From: Candidatus Ornithoclostridium faecavium | GTDB taxonomy: Bacteria > Bacillota > Clostridia > Christensenellales > UBA3700 | Reading direction: 5' to 3' | Assembly: GCA_018714045.1 (NCBI GenBank) | Contig: DVNX01000114.1 | Location: forward strand, 1 to 52,927 | DNA: 52,927 nt | Shown: positions 17,861-28,040 of the stretch, in pieces | How positions within the stretch are numbered: the stretch's first letter is position 1 | How the letters are laid out: each line of letters starts with the position of its first letter | Notes under the pieces: model-generated | The model's database searches: none | The model's input: only the letters and a program-made list of their open reading frames with translations | Told to the model about the DNA's origin: nothing | Position numbers and translations under genes: made by a program

Positions 17861-20800
17861 TCATATTTTCTTCGGGTCGTTATGCTCCCCGTCGGGTTCT
17901 TCCATCAACGCGTTGAGCACGTTGAGCATATCGTTGTGTTGAGAGTCAATATATTTGTACTCTTCGATATAATTATGCTCTTTAAAGTACGGTTCCTTGC
18001 CGTTTCCTTTCTTGAAACCGCAAGCCACCATATATCTTGTCCATCTGTCGTGTTCCACTGCGCCGAGTTTTACCATGTTCGCAATAGATACGTTTGCATA
18101 ATCGCCTTTATCACAATATTTTTGCGCGACGCAATAGCTCTTTATAAACGCAGGCATTTTACATGCGTAACAGCTCGATGTCCTGGAATAATACATTGCC
18201 TCCGCCCATTGGCGCTCTGCTTCGGCTTTGTTGCCGTTTATATCGATTTCTTTCTGCAGTTCGCCGACTGTATTATCCGAATCGGATTTTACCCCGTCGT
18301 TTTCATTGATGACAACGTCATTGACTGCCTTCCTCAGTTTCTGGATCACGTATTTAGGCTTGTCTGTCCGTTCTTTTTCTACGCTTTTATTCTCCTGAAC
18401 TTCTTTTTCGTCTTCCTTATTCTCTTTTCCTTCTTCCTGTTCTTTCTCCGTATTTTCCTCTTTTTTTTCGTATTTTATCACGTTATAACCGTAGTTCCAT
18501 TGCTTAGCGAGACTCATGTCGACGATATGGTCGTAACTGTACATTTCCTCCGAACTTCCGAACCTTATGACTTTTATGTGCTCAAAAGTCTTTTCGTCTT
18601 TTTCCTGCCAGTTTATGCGATCGTAGTTGAGTTTGTTTCTCAGATTTATCGCGATGACCTGCCAGTTTTCTTTTTTCTTTATGTCCGACGAAAGTTTTTC
18701 GTGCTTGCTGTCTTCGAGAATAGCGTTGGCTATATTCACGTTACTATCGTCGTCGCCGAGCGCGATTATTATAAGGTTGTAATCTTTCTGCTTATTTTCG
18801 CTTTGTTCTTTGTTTTCGCTTTGTTCTTTGTTTTCGCTCTGTTCTTTGTTTTCGCTCTGTTCTTTGCCCGGTTCGCTTCCCAACAGATTGTCAAGCTTAT
18901 TTAATATTTTTTTGCTGTACGCCGATTCGCTGTGCAGCCTGACCTTTACCGGCACGTAATCGTATATGTACTGGTCGCTTGTACTTTGCGGCATATCAAC
19001 GCTTATCGCAGGATGCTTAATGCTGAACAAGCCGCCGACTTCGGACGCGTTTTTATCGTATACTTCCGCAACAAACGCTTGCGGCTTATACTCGACCAAT
19101 TTGCTGTCCTGAAGATTTTTGATGCATTGTTGTTTTGCTTTATCTGCCTGACTTTTGTTTTTTTCGGTGTCAGGAACAAAACGTCTTTTTTCCACGTATT
19201 GTCCGTCCGAAACCGTATGGTCGCCTGCAGCTGCGAATATGTAAGACATCTTCATTGTCTGCTGTCCGTTCTGACCGAAACCAATAACAAGTACGCGGTA
19301 TTCATCTCCAGAGACGTCGTTGGCATAAAGTTTTGGATACTCTTTGATAAGCTTTTCTCTTTTTCCGACGTATGAAAAAGCCGCCATATTGGCTTCGTTT
19401 ATCGCGTCGAACACAAAGTGACGTTTATAATTAAGAAAAGCCTTTCTTTTCTCTTCTCTGACAACTTTAGTATCTTTTGCTGCTGCCGCGGCTTTTTTTG
19501 CGGCTTCTGCCGCGATATTAGCTTCGTCACGGGCTTTATCCGCTTCGTCACGCGCTTCTTTCGCGTCCTCGCGCGCCTTTTCTTCGGCAGCCCCCGTCTT
19601 ACCTTCGGCTTTCTTTGCGTTTTCCTCGGCTTCTTCAGCTGTTTTTTCGGCTTTTTCAGCTATATCTGCCATTACTGCCGCATAATTTTTAGTTCTTTTC
19701 TCCCTTTCTTCTATCTCGTCGTACAACACTTTTTTCGCAAGCGTGCCGATCGTCCTCAGATATTTCGATTTTTCATCGCCTTTATCGTATTCTCCTCCCG
19801 GCGCGAACTTTGCGATCTCGTTTTCGAAACGCGAATCCACGTTTGATATATCTATTTCTTCGTTTACGAGAAAATGATAATTTATGATCATTCCCAGCCT
19901 GTTCATCCTGAAGAGAAATTCAGGATTGAAGCAGTCCTCTCCTTCGTAATTGCCTGCTGTGCGAAGCTTCCATCTCTGACTGAAAGAAAGCTTTTTCATA
20001 AACAGCTTTTCAGTGATCCTTGCAACGTCTTCGCACACCAGCTTGTCGTTTTCGCTGGTCTTGCCCTTCTCCCAGTCGAGGGCGAATATATGCAATTCCG
20101 CGATTTTGTCTGCTTCGATATCTTTTTTATGTTTTTCGAAAACGTTATCCTTTTGCAGACAGTAGTCGTTTTTTATCTTTATCCCGAGGAATTCCGGTAT
20201 CGACTTGTTTTTTCTGCCGGGAGAATAGCTCCTGAACAAAAAACCCGAATGCATTATGTCGATATGCAGAGGATTCTTACCGTCGAAACCTTCCTGTCCT
20301 TCTGTCCTCAAGAAGATTATCAGATATTTCTGACCGTTCTTAGCGTGATGATCCGCAATGCTGTGAGCGAGGATCACGCTGTCTTCGGTGACCGCGGTGA
20401 ATACGTATATCTTGCGGTTGCGCTTCCAGGTAGTCAGCCACGCAGCCGTGCTGTATATCTCATAGCTGAAGCTGAAAGTGATGATACTGATAGCGACCAG
20501 TCCCGCCAGCACGGAAGTGCCCGCGTAAATTATAGTGCGCCAGCACTCGTAATAATCGTAATTAGCAAGTCCTTCGAAAGAAAGCCCTCCTATCGCCTGA
20601 TACAGCGAATAATACATTGCCGCGACAGCCTGCCACCCGTCTTTCGGTAATTCAACCGAAAAGTTACCGTTATCGTCGACTTTCATTATTATCGCCAGTA
20701 CCTTTCCCGCAACGCTCAGCGCCAGCACGGATAAAACGGTGGCGATCTCAGCGACGTACTTTTTGTCCGCTTTTCTTCTTAATCTGAAATATATCCATAT

Positions 20801-20947
20801 GATCGCGCAATACAGAATAGCTATTACCACAAGTCCGCGCAACATATTGACGATCATAAGAAAAATTTCGTTGTCCCAAAACAATCCCAGCGGCAGGATC
20901 AGACCGACCCCGAGAAGCGACAACAATATCAACAGAACCTTTTTCAT
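17861..20947 (-). CDS. Membrane protein with a channel-like N-terminus, TrkA/RCK-like Rossmann domain(s) and a C-terminal RyR-like domain
   Basis: About 4 TM helices with a pore-like YYSLYQAIGGLSFEG segment; VLVIGFGQNG; IALGDDDSN; AVEHDRWTRYMVACGF...HNYI. Confidence 0.7.
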   Translation of the reverse strand: MKKVLLILLSLLGVGLILPLGLFWDNEIFLMIVNMLRGLVVIAILYCAIIWIYFRLRRKADKKYVAEIATVLSVLALSVAGKVLAIIMKVDDNGNFSVELPKDGWQAVAAMYYSLYQAIGGLSFEGLANYDYYECWRTIIYAGTSVLAGLVAISIITFSFSYEIYSTAAWLTTWKRNRKIYVFTAVTEDSVILAHSIADHHAKNGQKYLIIFLRTEGQEGFDGKNPLHIDIMHSGFLFRSYSPGRKNKSIPEFLGIKIKNDYCLQKDNVFEKHKKDIEADKIAELHIFALDWEKGKTSENDKLVCEDVARITEKLFMKKLSFSQRWKLRTAGNYEGEDCFNPEFLFRMNRLGMIINYHFLVNEEIDISNVDSRFENEIAKFAPGGEYDKGDEKSKYLRTIGTLAKKVLYDEIEEREKRTKNYAAVMADIAEKAEKTAEEAEENAKKAEGKTGAAEEKAREDAKEARDEADKARDEANIAAEAAKKAAAAAKDTKVVREEKRKAFLNYKRHFVFDAINEANMAAFSYVGKREKLIKEYPKLYANDVSGDEYRVLVIGFGQNGQQTMKMSYIFAAAGDHTVSDGQYVEKRRFVPDTEKNKSQADKAKQQCIKNLQDSKLVEYKPQAFVAEVYDKNASEVGGLFSIKHPAISVDMPQSTSDQYIYDYVPVKVRLHSESAYSKKILNKLDNLLGSEPGKEQSENKEQSENKEQSENKEQSENKQKDYNLIIIALGDDDSNVNIANAILEDSKHEKLSSDIKKKENWQVIAINLRNKLNYDRINWQEKDEKTFEHIKVIRFGSSEEMYSYDHIVDMSLAKQWNYGYNVIKYEKKEENTEKEQEEGKENKEDEKEVQENKSVEKERTDKPKYVIQKLRKAVNDVVINENDGVKSDSDNTVGELQKEIDINGNKAEAERQWAEAMYYSRTSSCYACKMPAFIKSYCVAQKYCDKGDYANVSIANMVKLGAVEHDRWTRYMVACGFKKGNGKEPYFKEHNYIEEYKYIDSQHNDMLNVLNALMEEPDGEHNDPKKI
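18791..18865 (-). repeat. In-frame 18-bp tandem repeat x4 (EQSENK)
   Basis: Four near-identical copies of TTTGTTTTCGCT(T/C)TGTTC. Confidence 0.95.
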
Positions 20948-22323
20948 ATCTTTCTCCCCCGTATCTCAGTAATAGAATACCCCGCAGATGCAAGCATATC
21001 CGCCGCACCGTCCGCAAGCTGAAAATCGTATCTTTGCACGTCCGTGCTTTCTTCGTCCGTTCCCTTTCTTTTCGCCTCGACCTTTCTGTAGTCTTCCAGC
21101 CCTTTCCAGGTCGTGACGTTGACGTGTTTGCCCTCTGCGAGCAAGCCGTTCTTATCGCGCGCGGCGTGCTCTTCTTTCGACGCGGGTCCGACCCCGCACG
21201 CAAACATATACTCGTTCCATCTCAGATGCTCTCTGAATGCGAGATGAGTCCTTAAGCTGTCTTTCGCGCATACGGCGTTGTCGTAACAGACCTTGCCGTC
21301 TTTATCCGTCACGCGAGGATTACCGTCGTCGTAAACCGCGTTAAAAGCGAAAATATCGCTCTTTGCTCCTTCTTTGCAATCGAACCCCAACGAAAGCAAC
21401 AATCCTCTTAACGCAAGCGCGGCGTACAGATTGGAATCTCTCTTGACCTTAAGCTTCGCGCCCTCTTTCCATTTCTTACGCTTTTCGGCAAGCAAGGCGT
21501 TCGGATCCCCGCCTTTTAGCGAATCGTACAGCGCGTCTCTCGAAAACGCTATCAGAAGCATCTTAAGATAAAACCCCGCGCAGTCGTCCGAAGCGTCAAA
21601 CTCATATAAGCCGTCCCTTCCGCAGTCTTTGTTCCCTGCGTAGAACACGGCGTGCTCCAGTCCTTTTTCCTTAAGCTCCGCGGCGACTTTTTCAGCTCTT
21701 TCGCGACCGCCGACGACGACCGCCCATACGAACGCGTTCTTAAAGCAGTCCCCGTCGTCAGACTCTTTTACCGAAATTTCCGCCAGCTGCGACGGCAACT
21801 CGTAATACCCCGCTTTTCCTTTTGCTTCTTCAAGCGCTTTCCCCGCAGAGAAATACGGAAGGTCCTTGAGCTTTTCCCTTTCGTCTTTATCCGCGAAAAA
21901 AACGTATTTTATCTTTTCGGCTTTTACGCCGCAAGGCGTGCGCCTTATTTCGATATAAGTAGAAACGAGCGCCTTGAATATCTCTAAAGTATAAGCGTCT
22001 GAGCCGTAAAAAGCGATCGTTACCTTTTTCCCGACAGAAGGGTCGGTAAGCAACGAACGCGAAAAAGCGGCGGGAGCGTTTTTCCATACCAGAGAAAACG
22101 CCGCCGCGCGGTAAATATTTACGGTATCGGGTACGTATCCCTGCGCTTTTTCTATGATCTCTTCGGCTTCTCCGTCGCAGAGAACGAGTATTCTGTCCTT
22201 GTCTGCATCGCCAGCTTCGCGCGCGTAGCGTAAAGCTGCCGCGCCTTCGTCTTTTCCGAAAGCGTGCAGCAATATTTTGTCGTTCAAACAACAAAACCAG
22301 GAAAATTCAGAAAAACCTCTCAT
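20944..22323 (-). CDS. Soluble RCK/RyR-like protein, paralogous to the C-terminal half of the downstream gene
   Basis: LAFREHLRWNEYMFACG...HVNVTTW; VNIYRAAAF versus INEANMAAF in the neighbour; ATGA overlap with the downstream gene. Confidence 0.7.
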   Translation of the reverse strand: MRGFSEFSWFCCLNDKILLHAFGKDEGAAALRYAREAGDADKDRILVLCDGEAEEIIEKAQGYVPDTVNIYRAAAFSLVWKNAPAAFSRSLLTDPSVGKKVTIAFYGSDAYTLEIFKALVSTYIEIRRTPCGVKAEKIKYVFFADKDEREKLKDLPYFSAGKALEEAKGKAGYYELPSQLAEISVKESDDGDCFKNAFVWAVVVGGRERAEKVAAELKEKGLEHAVFYAGNKDCGRDGLYEFDASDDCAGFYLKMLLIAFSRDALYDSLKGGDPNALLAEKRKKWKEGAKLKVKRDSNLYAALALRGLLLSLGFDCKEGAKSDIFAFNAVYDDGNPRVTDKDGKVCYDNAVCAKDSLRTHLAFREHLRWNEYMFACGVGPASKEEHAARDKNGLLAEGKHVNVTTWKGLEDYRKVEAKRKGTDEESTDVQRYDFQLADGAADMLASAGYSITEIRGRKI

Positions 22324-22368
22324 CTCTTCCCTTATCCTATATTGCGCGCGAGCGCGTCGCTATGATTT

Positions 22369-22397
22369 ATTTTACTATAAGCCCTATAACTTGTCAA
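22369..22397 (-). promoter_or_regulatory. SigA promoter for the RyR-RyR-FtsH operon
   Basis: TTGACA-17-TAAAAT. Confidence 0.75.
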
Positions 22398-22426
22398 TAT
22401 ATAACGGCAAGTCAGCCTTTGATCGT

Positions 22427-25400
22427 CTAAGCAAGCGCAAGCGTAACGAATCCGACGAGTTTGTTCTTTTCCTCTTCCCTGTCCGCTATCCACTCCGCCG
22501 ACCATATTCTGTATACCTTCCAGCCCATATTCTTGAGCACGTCCCTTCTGAGACGGTCGCGGTCTCTCGTATTTTTAGTTCTCTGATATCCTCTTCCGTC
22601 GCACTCGATAGCAACGACGTATTCGCCGCTTCCCGGGCGTTTTACCGCAAGGTCTATCCTGTATTTCGACGCGCCGACGTTCCTTTCCACTTCAAAGCCC
22701 TCTGCGACGAGGAATTCGTATACGTCGTCCTCAACGCTGCGCACGATACTACCGCCGACGTCATAAGCTCCGCTCGCCCTTCCGGGGTTTTCCGCATAGT
22801 CGATATACGCCTTGAGAAGCCGTGTTCCCTCTGAAGATTTATCGGTCACGACGACCTCTCCCGCATGCACCGAAGTGACGAGTTTCACGTTTATTTTAGC
22901 TCTCGTCACCGCTACGTTCAGTCTTCTCTCTCCGCCCTTGTTGTTGAGAGGACCGAAACGCTGAGCGAATTTGCCTTCCTCGTCCTTGCCGTAGCCCATG
23001 CTGAATATTATCGTATCTCTTTCGTCCCCCTGCACCGTTTCGAGGTTCTTGACGAAAAACGGCTCGTCTTTAGTCTCGCTGAAAAATTCGTTTGCCGCGG
23101 CTATCTCGTCGGGATCGGTCAACGCAGCCCTGCGTCTGTTTATCATGTTTTCGACGGTGTCCCTCTGTTTAAGACCGAACGCGACGACTCCGAGGCTCCT
23201 TTCGGGGTGCTTTTTCATGTGCTCGAAAACGAGATCCGCGACTTTTTCAGCCTCGATCGGGTTGTTTTTGTCCCTTCTTACGTACACGCCGTCAGGCACG
23301 TAAACGTGCTCAACGCCGTAATCTTCCGTTGTCGCCGCTACGCCCGGGAAGGTCTGCAGATTGCCGTAATAGAAATTGGCGTTAGAGAATGCGATAAGTC
23401 TTTCGTTCCTGCTGCGGTAATGCCATTTCAGGCTTATGCCGTCCATCACCCTCGCGCTGAGTTCGAGTATTGATTCGCCCAGGTCTTCTGTCTCAGAACG
23501 GGTTTCGCACTCATCGTCCTCTTCGTCTTCGAGAGAGTCTATCCCCGAAGCGAACAGATTGCTGGGCGGCATCTGCTGAGAGTCTCCGACAACTATCAAC
23601 TGCTTGCCGCGGAAGATCGAACACATTGCGTCCTCAGGCAATACCTGAGACGCTTCGTCGAATATCACGACATCGAACTTTATCGCGGTATCGCTGAGAT
23701 AAGAACTTACGCTGAGCGGCGACATCATGAAACACGGCTTGAGCTTCTGTATGAATTCAGGCATATCCTTAAGCAGAGTCCTTATCGATTTCTTTCCGCG
23801 CTTAAGTTCCGATTCGTGTATAAAATCCGCTTTATCCTTATCGTATTCTTCCTTTAATGACTCGGGCACGACGTCCCTTTCCGAATTAAGCTTTCCCGGG
23901 ATCTCCCTCTGAGCCGCGGCGAATCCTATCTCGTCCGCTCTGCAGAAATCTCTTACCGCTTCGTTCTGACCTTCGGCGGTAAATCCGTACAGCGCGGGGA
24001 ACGAGTATCTCACCTCTTCTATCCACTGAGAATAGAAAAGCTTTTTATAGCAATTCTTCCATTCCTCGGGAGAAACGCCTGCGGTAGCGGCAGCGTTGAT
24101 GAATTTGTCGTCTCCCGTTCTCTTCAGCATTAAAGCAATGTCTCTCTTTTCGACGTAAGATCCGAAATCCGCGACAGCCGACAACAGACCCTTCGCGCCC
24201 TCCTCTATATCCGAAAAACTGCTGTCCGTACTTACGAATGACGTGAAAATCTCCATTGCTTCCGTCATTTCCGCTTCGAGATCTCTCAGCACCGCGTCGA
24301 GTTCTTCGCCCGTCGAGATAATTTCTGTCTTTGCTCTGTTCAGCTCTCTTACGGACATATCCCTGAATCTTGCCGAGTCTACGGCGTCGCATCTGCCTAT
24401 AAGAGCGTGGAATCTTTCTATCTTTTCCGCGTCCTTAACGTCGTCAGAGGTAAGCCCCAGCATTTCCAGTTTCTCTTCCGCGCTTCTCAACCTTGCGTCC
24501 GAAGCCTTTCTTGCGACAAGCTCTCCGAGTCGCACGCATGTAGAAGCGTACCCCTGCCTTTCTACGCCTGGAAGCGCGTGGCTCCACAACGCGTTCATAT
24601 CGTTGCGGTAGCTCTTTCCGAACAATCTTGCAAAAAAAGAATAGCCCGACAAACGGCTTTTCATCGCTTGGACGTCGAGCAAGAGGACTCCGTCGTCGAA
24701 ATACATTCCCGTACGTACCGCGAGTTCGTCGTTTTCTCTTTTCGCTTCGATATATTCTTTAAGAGCTTTTATCGCTTCCTTACGGTAACTTTCTTCAAAG
24801 AATTTCGGAGTAATGCCGTCGTACGCGCTGAGAGCCTCGATGAATTTCTTTATTCCGTAGTTGTCAAAAGGATATTCGAACGCTATGCCGTAATCTCTGA
24901 ACATATTGCCCGCCGCGACCAACCTGCCCGCAGTTGTCTTTATCCTGCCCAGCAGACTTACGACTTTTTCCCTGTCGCCCTTTCCGATTCCGTCTTTCAG
25001 ATACGCCCACGGACTTGACGAACAACACGGATCGCCGCCGTCTTTACAGCAAAGCGCGTAACGCTCTATCAAAGACAGCGTTTCTTCCAGCATTTCGGGA
25101 GTTCTGCTCTTTATGTCGGAAATCGTAAAATCCACGTCGGCGACGTCGATATACGCCGTATACGCTCCGAAGAGATCGTAGACCGTCATTCCCAGCTCAG
25201 GCAACTCTGTCGCGAGAGCTTCGCTGTATCCCGAAAGTTTCCTGCCCGAACGGTTTCTTTCAGACCTGACCTTATCCCCTTCGCTGTGAGTGTATTCCTC
25301 TTTATCCAGTACGAGCACTTCCTTTATCGACCTGATGAACTCCTTTTTGTTCGCCTTCTGACTGTGAAGCTCGAGACAATAATCGCCCAGTCCTACTTTT

Positions 25401-26362
25401 ACCAGCTTATTGCGTACGACCTGGAGCGCCGTCATCTTTTCAGATACGAAAAGCACGGTCTTGCCCTCGTACAGCAGACCCGCGATTATATTAGTGATCG
25501 TCTGCGACTTGCCCGTACCGGGTGGTCCCTGCAATACGAAGCTGTATCCTTCGGTCGCTAAGGCTATTGCCCTCTGCTGGCTGGAGTCGGCGTCTACGAC
25601 GTTGTTTTCCATTCCCTTTTCCGTTTCAGCCTCTTCGGGAAGTCTCGCTAAATAAGTACCGTCGCCGAGAAGCGCGCTCACCGTCTTGTTTTTGAGCATC
25701 TGCGTTCCGTTTTTCTCTATGTCGAAATACATGCTTATCTTTTCGTAAGAGAACATACCGAGGACGGCGTTTTCTTCCAGTTTCATGCCCGCGCCCGAAA
25801 GTATTTCTTTAACGCTTTCGACGTATTCGCGGTAATCGGTATCCTTGCCGAATGAAGGAAGGTTTATCTTCTCAGTCATGCTGAGCTTATAGTCAAGCGC
25901 GGGATTGAGTATCGCCTCGTCCTCGTATTCGAGAATACTGTACGATTCTTCGCCCGTCTTCTTTATTCGTACGGGTACCAGAAGAAGCGGCGCCTTGCAC
26001 GTCTCTCCTTTATCCTTGTAGACTACGAAATTGAACGCGAGGTAAAGCACGTTTATCCCCCTTTCGTTCATTATCTGCCTGGAATTTTTGAGTATGTAAT
26101 TCAAGACCCTCGTCCTCGGAGACCTCGGATTGTACAGCTCGATCTCGTCCGTTCCGATTTTTTGCTGTCCGTCTCCTTCGAATACGTTAGCGGCGTACCC
26201 TGCGGTATTCCAGAATTTTCTGAAAAGCACCTCTGGATACGGTCTGTTCACGTAAAGAAAGGACTTGCGTTCTTCGTTGAAACTGATCAGCGGATTAGCC
26301 GCGCTCAGATCGATGAGTTTGTTTTGCAGGATTTTCAGATTTCTGGCTTTGCTCACTTGCAT
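22427..26362 (-). CDS. DUF4011 + SF1 (UPF1/DNA2-like) helicase + C-terminal Vsr-like restriction-fold nuclease (Hhe-like)
   Basis: KLIDLSAANPL, APLLLVPV, QGPPGTGKSQT, MMSPLSV, FDEASQ, GDSQQMPP, WHYRS, VQGDERD, LNVAVTRAK, AIECDG...RDRDRLR...GW. Confidence 0.88.
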   Translation of the reverse strand: MQVSKARNLKILQNKLIDLSAANPLISFNEERKSFLYVNRPYPEVLFRKFWNTAGYAANVFEGDGQQKIGTDEIELYNPRSPRTRVLNYILKNSRQIMNERGINVLYLAFNFVVYKDKGETCKAPLLLVPVRIKKTGEESYSILEYEDEAILNPALDYKLSMTEKINLPSFGKDTDYREYVESVKEILSGAGMKLEENAVLGMFSYEKISMYFDIEKNGTQMLKNKTVSALLGDGTYLARLPEEAETEKGMENNVVDADSSQQRAIALATEGYSFVLQGPPGTGKSQTITNIIAGLLYEGKTVLFVSEKMTALQVVRNKLVKVGLGDYCLELHSQKANKKEFIRSIKEVLVLDKEEYTHSEGDKVRSERNRSGRKLSGYSEALATELPELGMTVYDLFGAYTAYIDVADVDFTISDIKSRTPEMLEETLSLIERYALCCKDGGDPCCSSSPWAYLKDGIGKGDREKVVSLLGRIKTTAGRLVAAGNMFRDYGIAFEYPFDNYGIKKFIEALSAYDGITPKFFEESYRKEAIKALKEYIEAKRENDELAVRTGMYFDDGVLLLDVQAMKSRLSGYSFFARLFGKSYRNDMNALWSHALPGVERQGYASTCVRLGELVARKASDARLRSAEEKLEMLGLTSDDVKDAEKIERFHALIGRCDAVDSARFRDMSVRELNRAKTEIISTGEELDAVLRDLEAEMTEAMEIFTSFVSTDSSFSDIEEGAKGLLSAVADFGSYVEKRDIALMLKRTGDDKFINAAATAGVSPEEWKNCYKKLFYSQWIEEVRYSFPALYGFTAEGQNEAVRDFCRADEIGFAAAQREIPGKLNSERDVVPESLKEEYDKDKADFIHESELKRGKKSIRTLLKDMPEFIQKLKPCFMMSPLSVSSYLSDTAIKFDVVIFDEASQVLPEDAMCSIFRGKQLIVVGDSQQMPPSNLFASGIDSLEDEEDDECETRSETEDLGESILELSARVMDGISLKWHYRSRNERLIAFSNANFYYGNLQTFPGVAATTEDYGVEHVYVPDGVYVRRDKNNPIEAEKVADLVFEHMKKHPERSLGVVAFGLKQRDTVENMINRRRAALTDPDEIAAANEFFSETKDEPFFVKNLETVQGDERDTIIFSMGYGKDEEGKFAQRFGPLNNKGGERRLNVAVTRAKINVKLVTSVHAGEVVVTDKSSEGTRLLKAYIDYAENPGRASGAYDVGGSIVRSVEDDVYEFLVAEGFEVERNVGASKYRIDLAVKRPGSGEYVVAIECDGRGYQRTKNTRDRDRLRRDVLKNMGWKVYRIWSAEWIADREEEKNKLVGFVTLALA

Positions 26363-26541
26363 TCTCCCCTCCGCGCGATGCGCGGCGATTATAAGCTTTA
26401 CGCCATATATGATAGCACGTTAACCGGTCGTTTTACAACACAATTACGTCAAATGAAAGTAAAATATTTCGAAAAGTTATTAGAGACAAATAAAAAATCC
26501 CCGTCAGCAGGCGGGGAACAAATAACGTTGAAGATATGCGT

Positions 26542-27864
26542 TTACAAAACCGCGTAACAGGTCAGATATCCGAAGCCCGTGAGTATAAGCAGGAAGCCGA
26601 AATTGAGCGCGAGGAAAAGCAGCACGTATTTTTTCGTATCGCCCGGCATCAGCTTGCGGTATGTATTCAGCGTTATGAGGCTGGCGAGCGAAGCTATCGG
26701 GGTGCCCAGTCCTCCCAGATTGACCGCAATGAGGAGTCGCGCATAGTCGGTCGTGAAACGTGAAAGAAGTACCGCGCTGGGCACGTTGCTTATCACCTGA
26801 CAGGAAAGCACGCCGAACGCGAGCGGATCTATCTCCATAAGTTTGCCGAGAAATTGCTGAACGGGCTCTATTCTCGCCATGTTTCCCGAAAACACGAAGA
26901 ACGCGCAGAAAGTGAGAAGCAGACCGTAATCGACTTTGAGTATCGCTTTGAAATCGAGAAGAAGAAGCGCGACCGTGACCGCGAGAAGCCCCCAGTAGTA
27001 CGGAAATATGCGGAATACTATGAGAACGGAAACGACGAAAAGCACGCCGTATGCCGCCGCTCTCCACGCTTTGGGAGCAGGTTTTTTCTGGGTCGCGACC
27101 TCTACTTTTTCGGGTTTCACGAAAAAGCAGGTGCCCAGAATGAGCAAAAACGCCGCAGCGAACGGAAGCGCCATTATCTTGAAAAATTCAGCGGCGCCTA
27201 TACTGAAAAACGAATACAGATACAGGTTCTGAGGATTGCCGAAGGGAGTAAGCATACCTCCCAGATTTGCGGCGATATTCTGCATTATGAATGTGAACGC
27301 CATGTATTTTTTACCGTTGCACGATTCAAGAACGAAATACCCGAGAGGAAGGAAGGTCACGAGCGCCATGTCGTTAGCCATTATCATAGAGCCGAAATAC
27401 GTAACGAATACCAGCGATATTATAACGGTCCTTATGCTTTTGAAGCGCCTGACGATGACGTCTGCGAGCCATACGAAAAAGCGGATATTCTTGAACGCCG
27501 CTACGACCGCGAGAGTACAGAAAAGACAAGACAAGGTGCGCCAGTCGAAATATCCCGCGTACTCTTCGTCGAACGGCACGAAGAAACAGGTCACAGCCGC
27601 CGCTATTATAGCTATTATCAGCACCGCGTTGGCTTTTAAAAAATTCTTTACGTCCTGCTTTCTGAAAAGCTTGCGTATACGCGTCCTTTCAGCGTGGGCT
27701 TCGCTTCCCTTCAGCGGCTCTTCCAGATCTGCGCCGCTTGCTACGTCGCGAATAGCTTCGCCGTGTGCGTTTTCTTTTTCGCGCTCTCCTTCAGCTTCTG
27801 AAAAATTCGTTTGTCCGTGTTCGTTATCCGCAGTATCGTCGGTCTTGGGTCTCTCCTCTTCCAT
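26542..27864 (-). CDS. ArsB/NhaD/CitMHS (IT superfamily) anion permease
   Basis: ANDMAL, AANLGGMLTPFGNPQNLYL, ISNVP, GGLGTPIASLA. Confidence 0.9.
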   Translation of the reverse strand: MEEERPKTDDTADNEHGQTNFSEAEGEREKENAHGEAIRDVASGADLEEPLKGSEAHAERTRIRKLFRKQDVKNFLKANAVLIIAIIAAAVTCFFVPFDEEYAGYFDWRTLSCLFCTLAVVAAFKNIRFFVWLADVIVRRFKSIRTVIISLVFVTYFGSMIMANDMALVTFLPLGYFVLESCNGKKYMAFTFIMQNIAANLGGMLTPFGNPQNLYLYSFFSIGAAEFFKIMALPFAAAFLLILGTCFFVKPEKVEVATQKKPAPKAWRAAAYGVLFVVSVLIVFRIFPYYWGLLAVTVALLLLDFKAILKVDYGLLLTFCAFFVFSGNMARIEPVQQFLGKLMEIDPLAFGVLSCQVISNVPSAVLLSRFTTDYARLLIAVNLGGLGTPIASLASLITLNTYRKLMPGDTKKYVLLFLALNFGFLLILTGFGYLTCYAVL

Positions 27865-28040
27865 ACCTCTTGTCCCTCTTGCTTCCGTTTTACGAGATGA
27901 GTATATACCTTTATTCGCACGCGGTCAAACGTTTTGCTTAAATATAACTTTGTCCGAGCGCAATAAATCCTGCCTGAACTTCGGCGCGTCAGAATTATAT
28001 TCAAGCCCGTAAAAAAACGCCGCGGTCTGCGGCGTGATTT

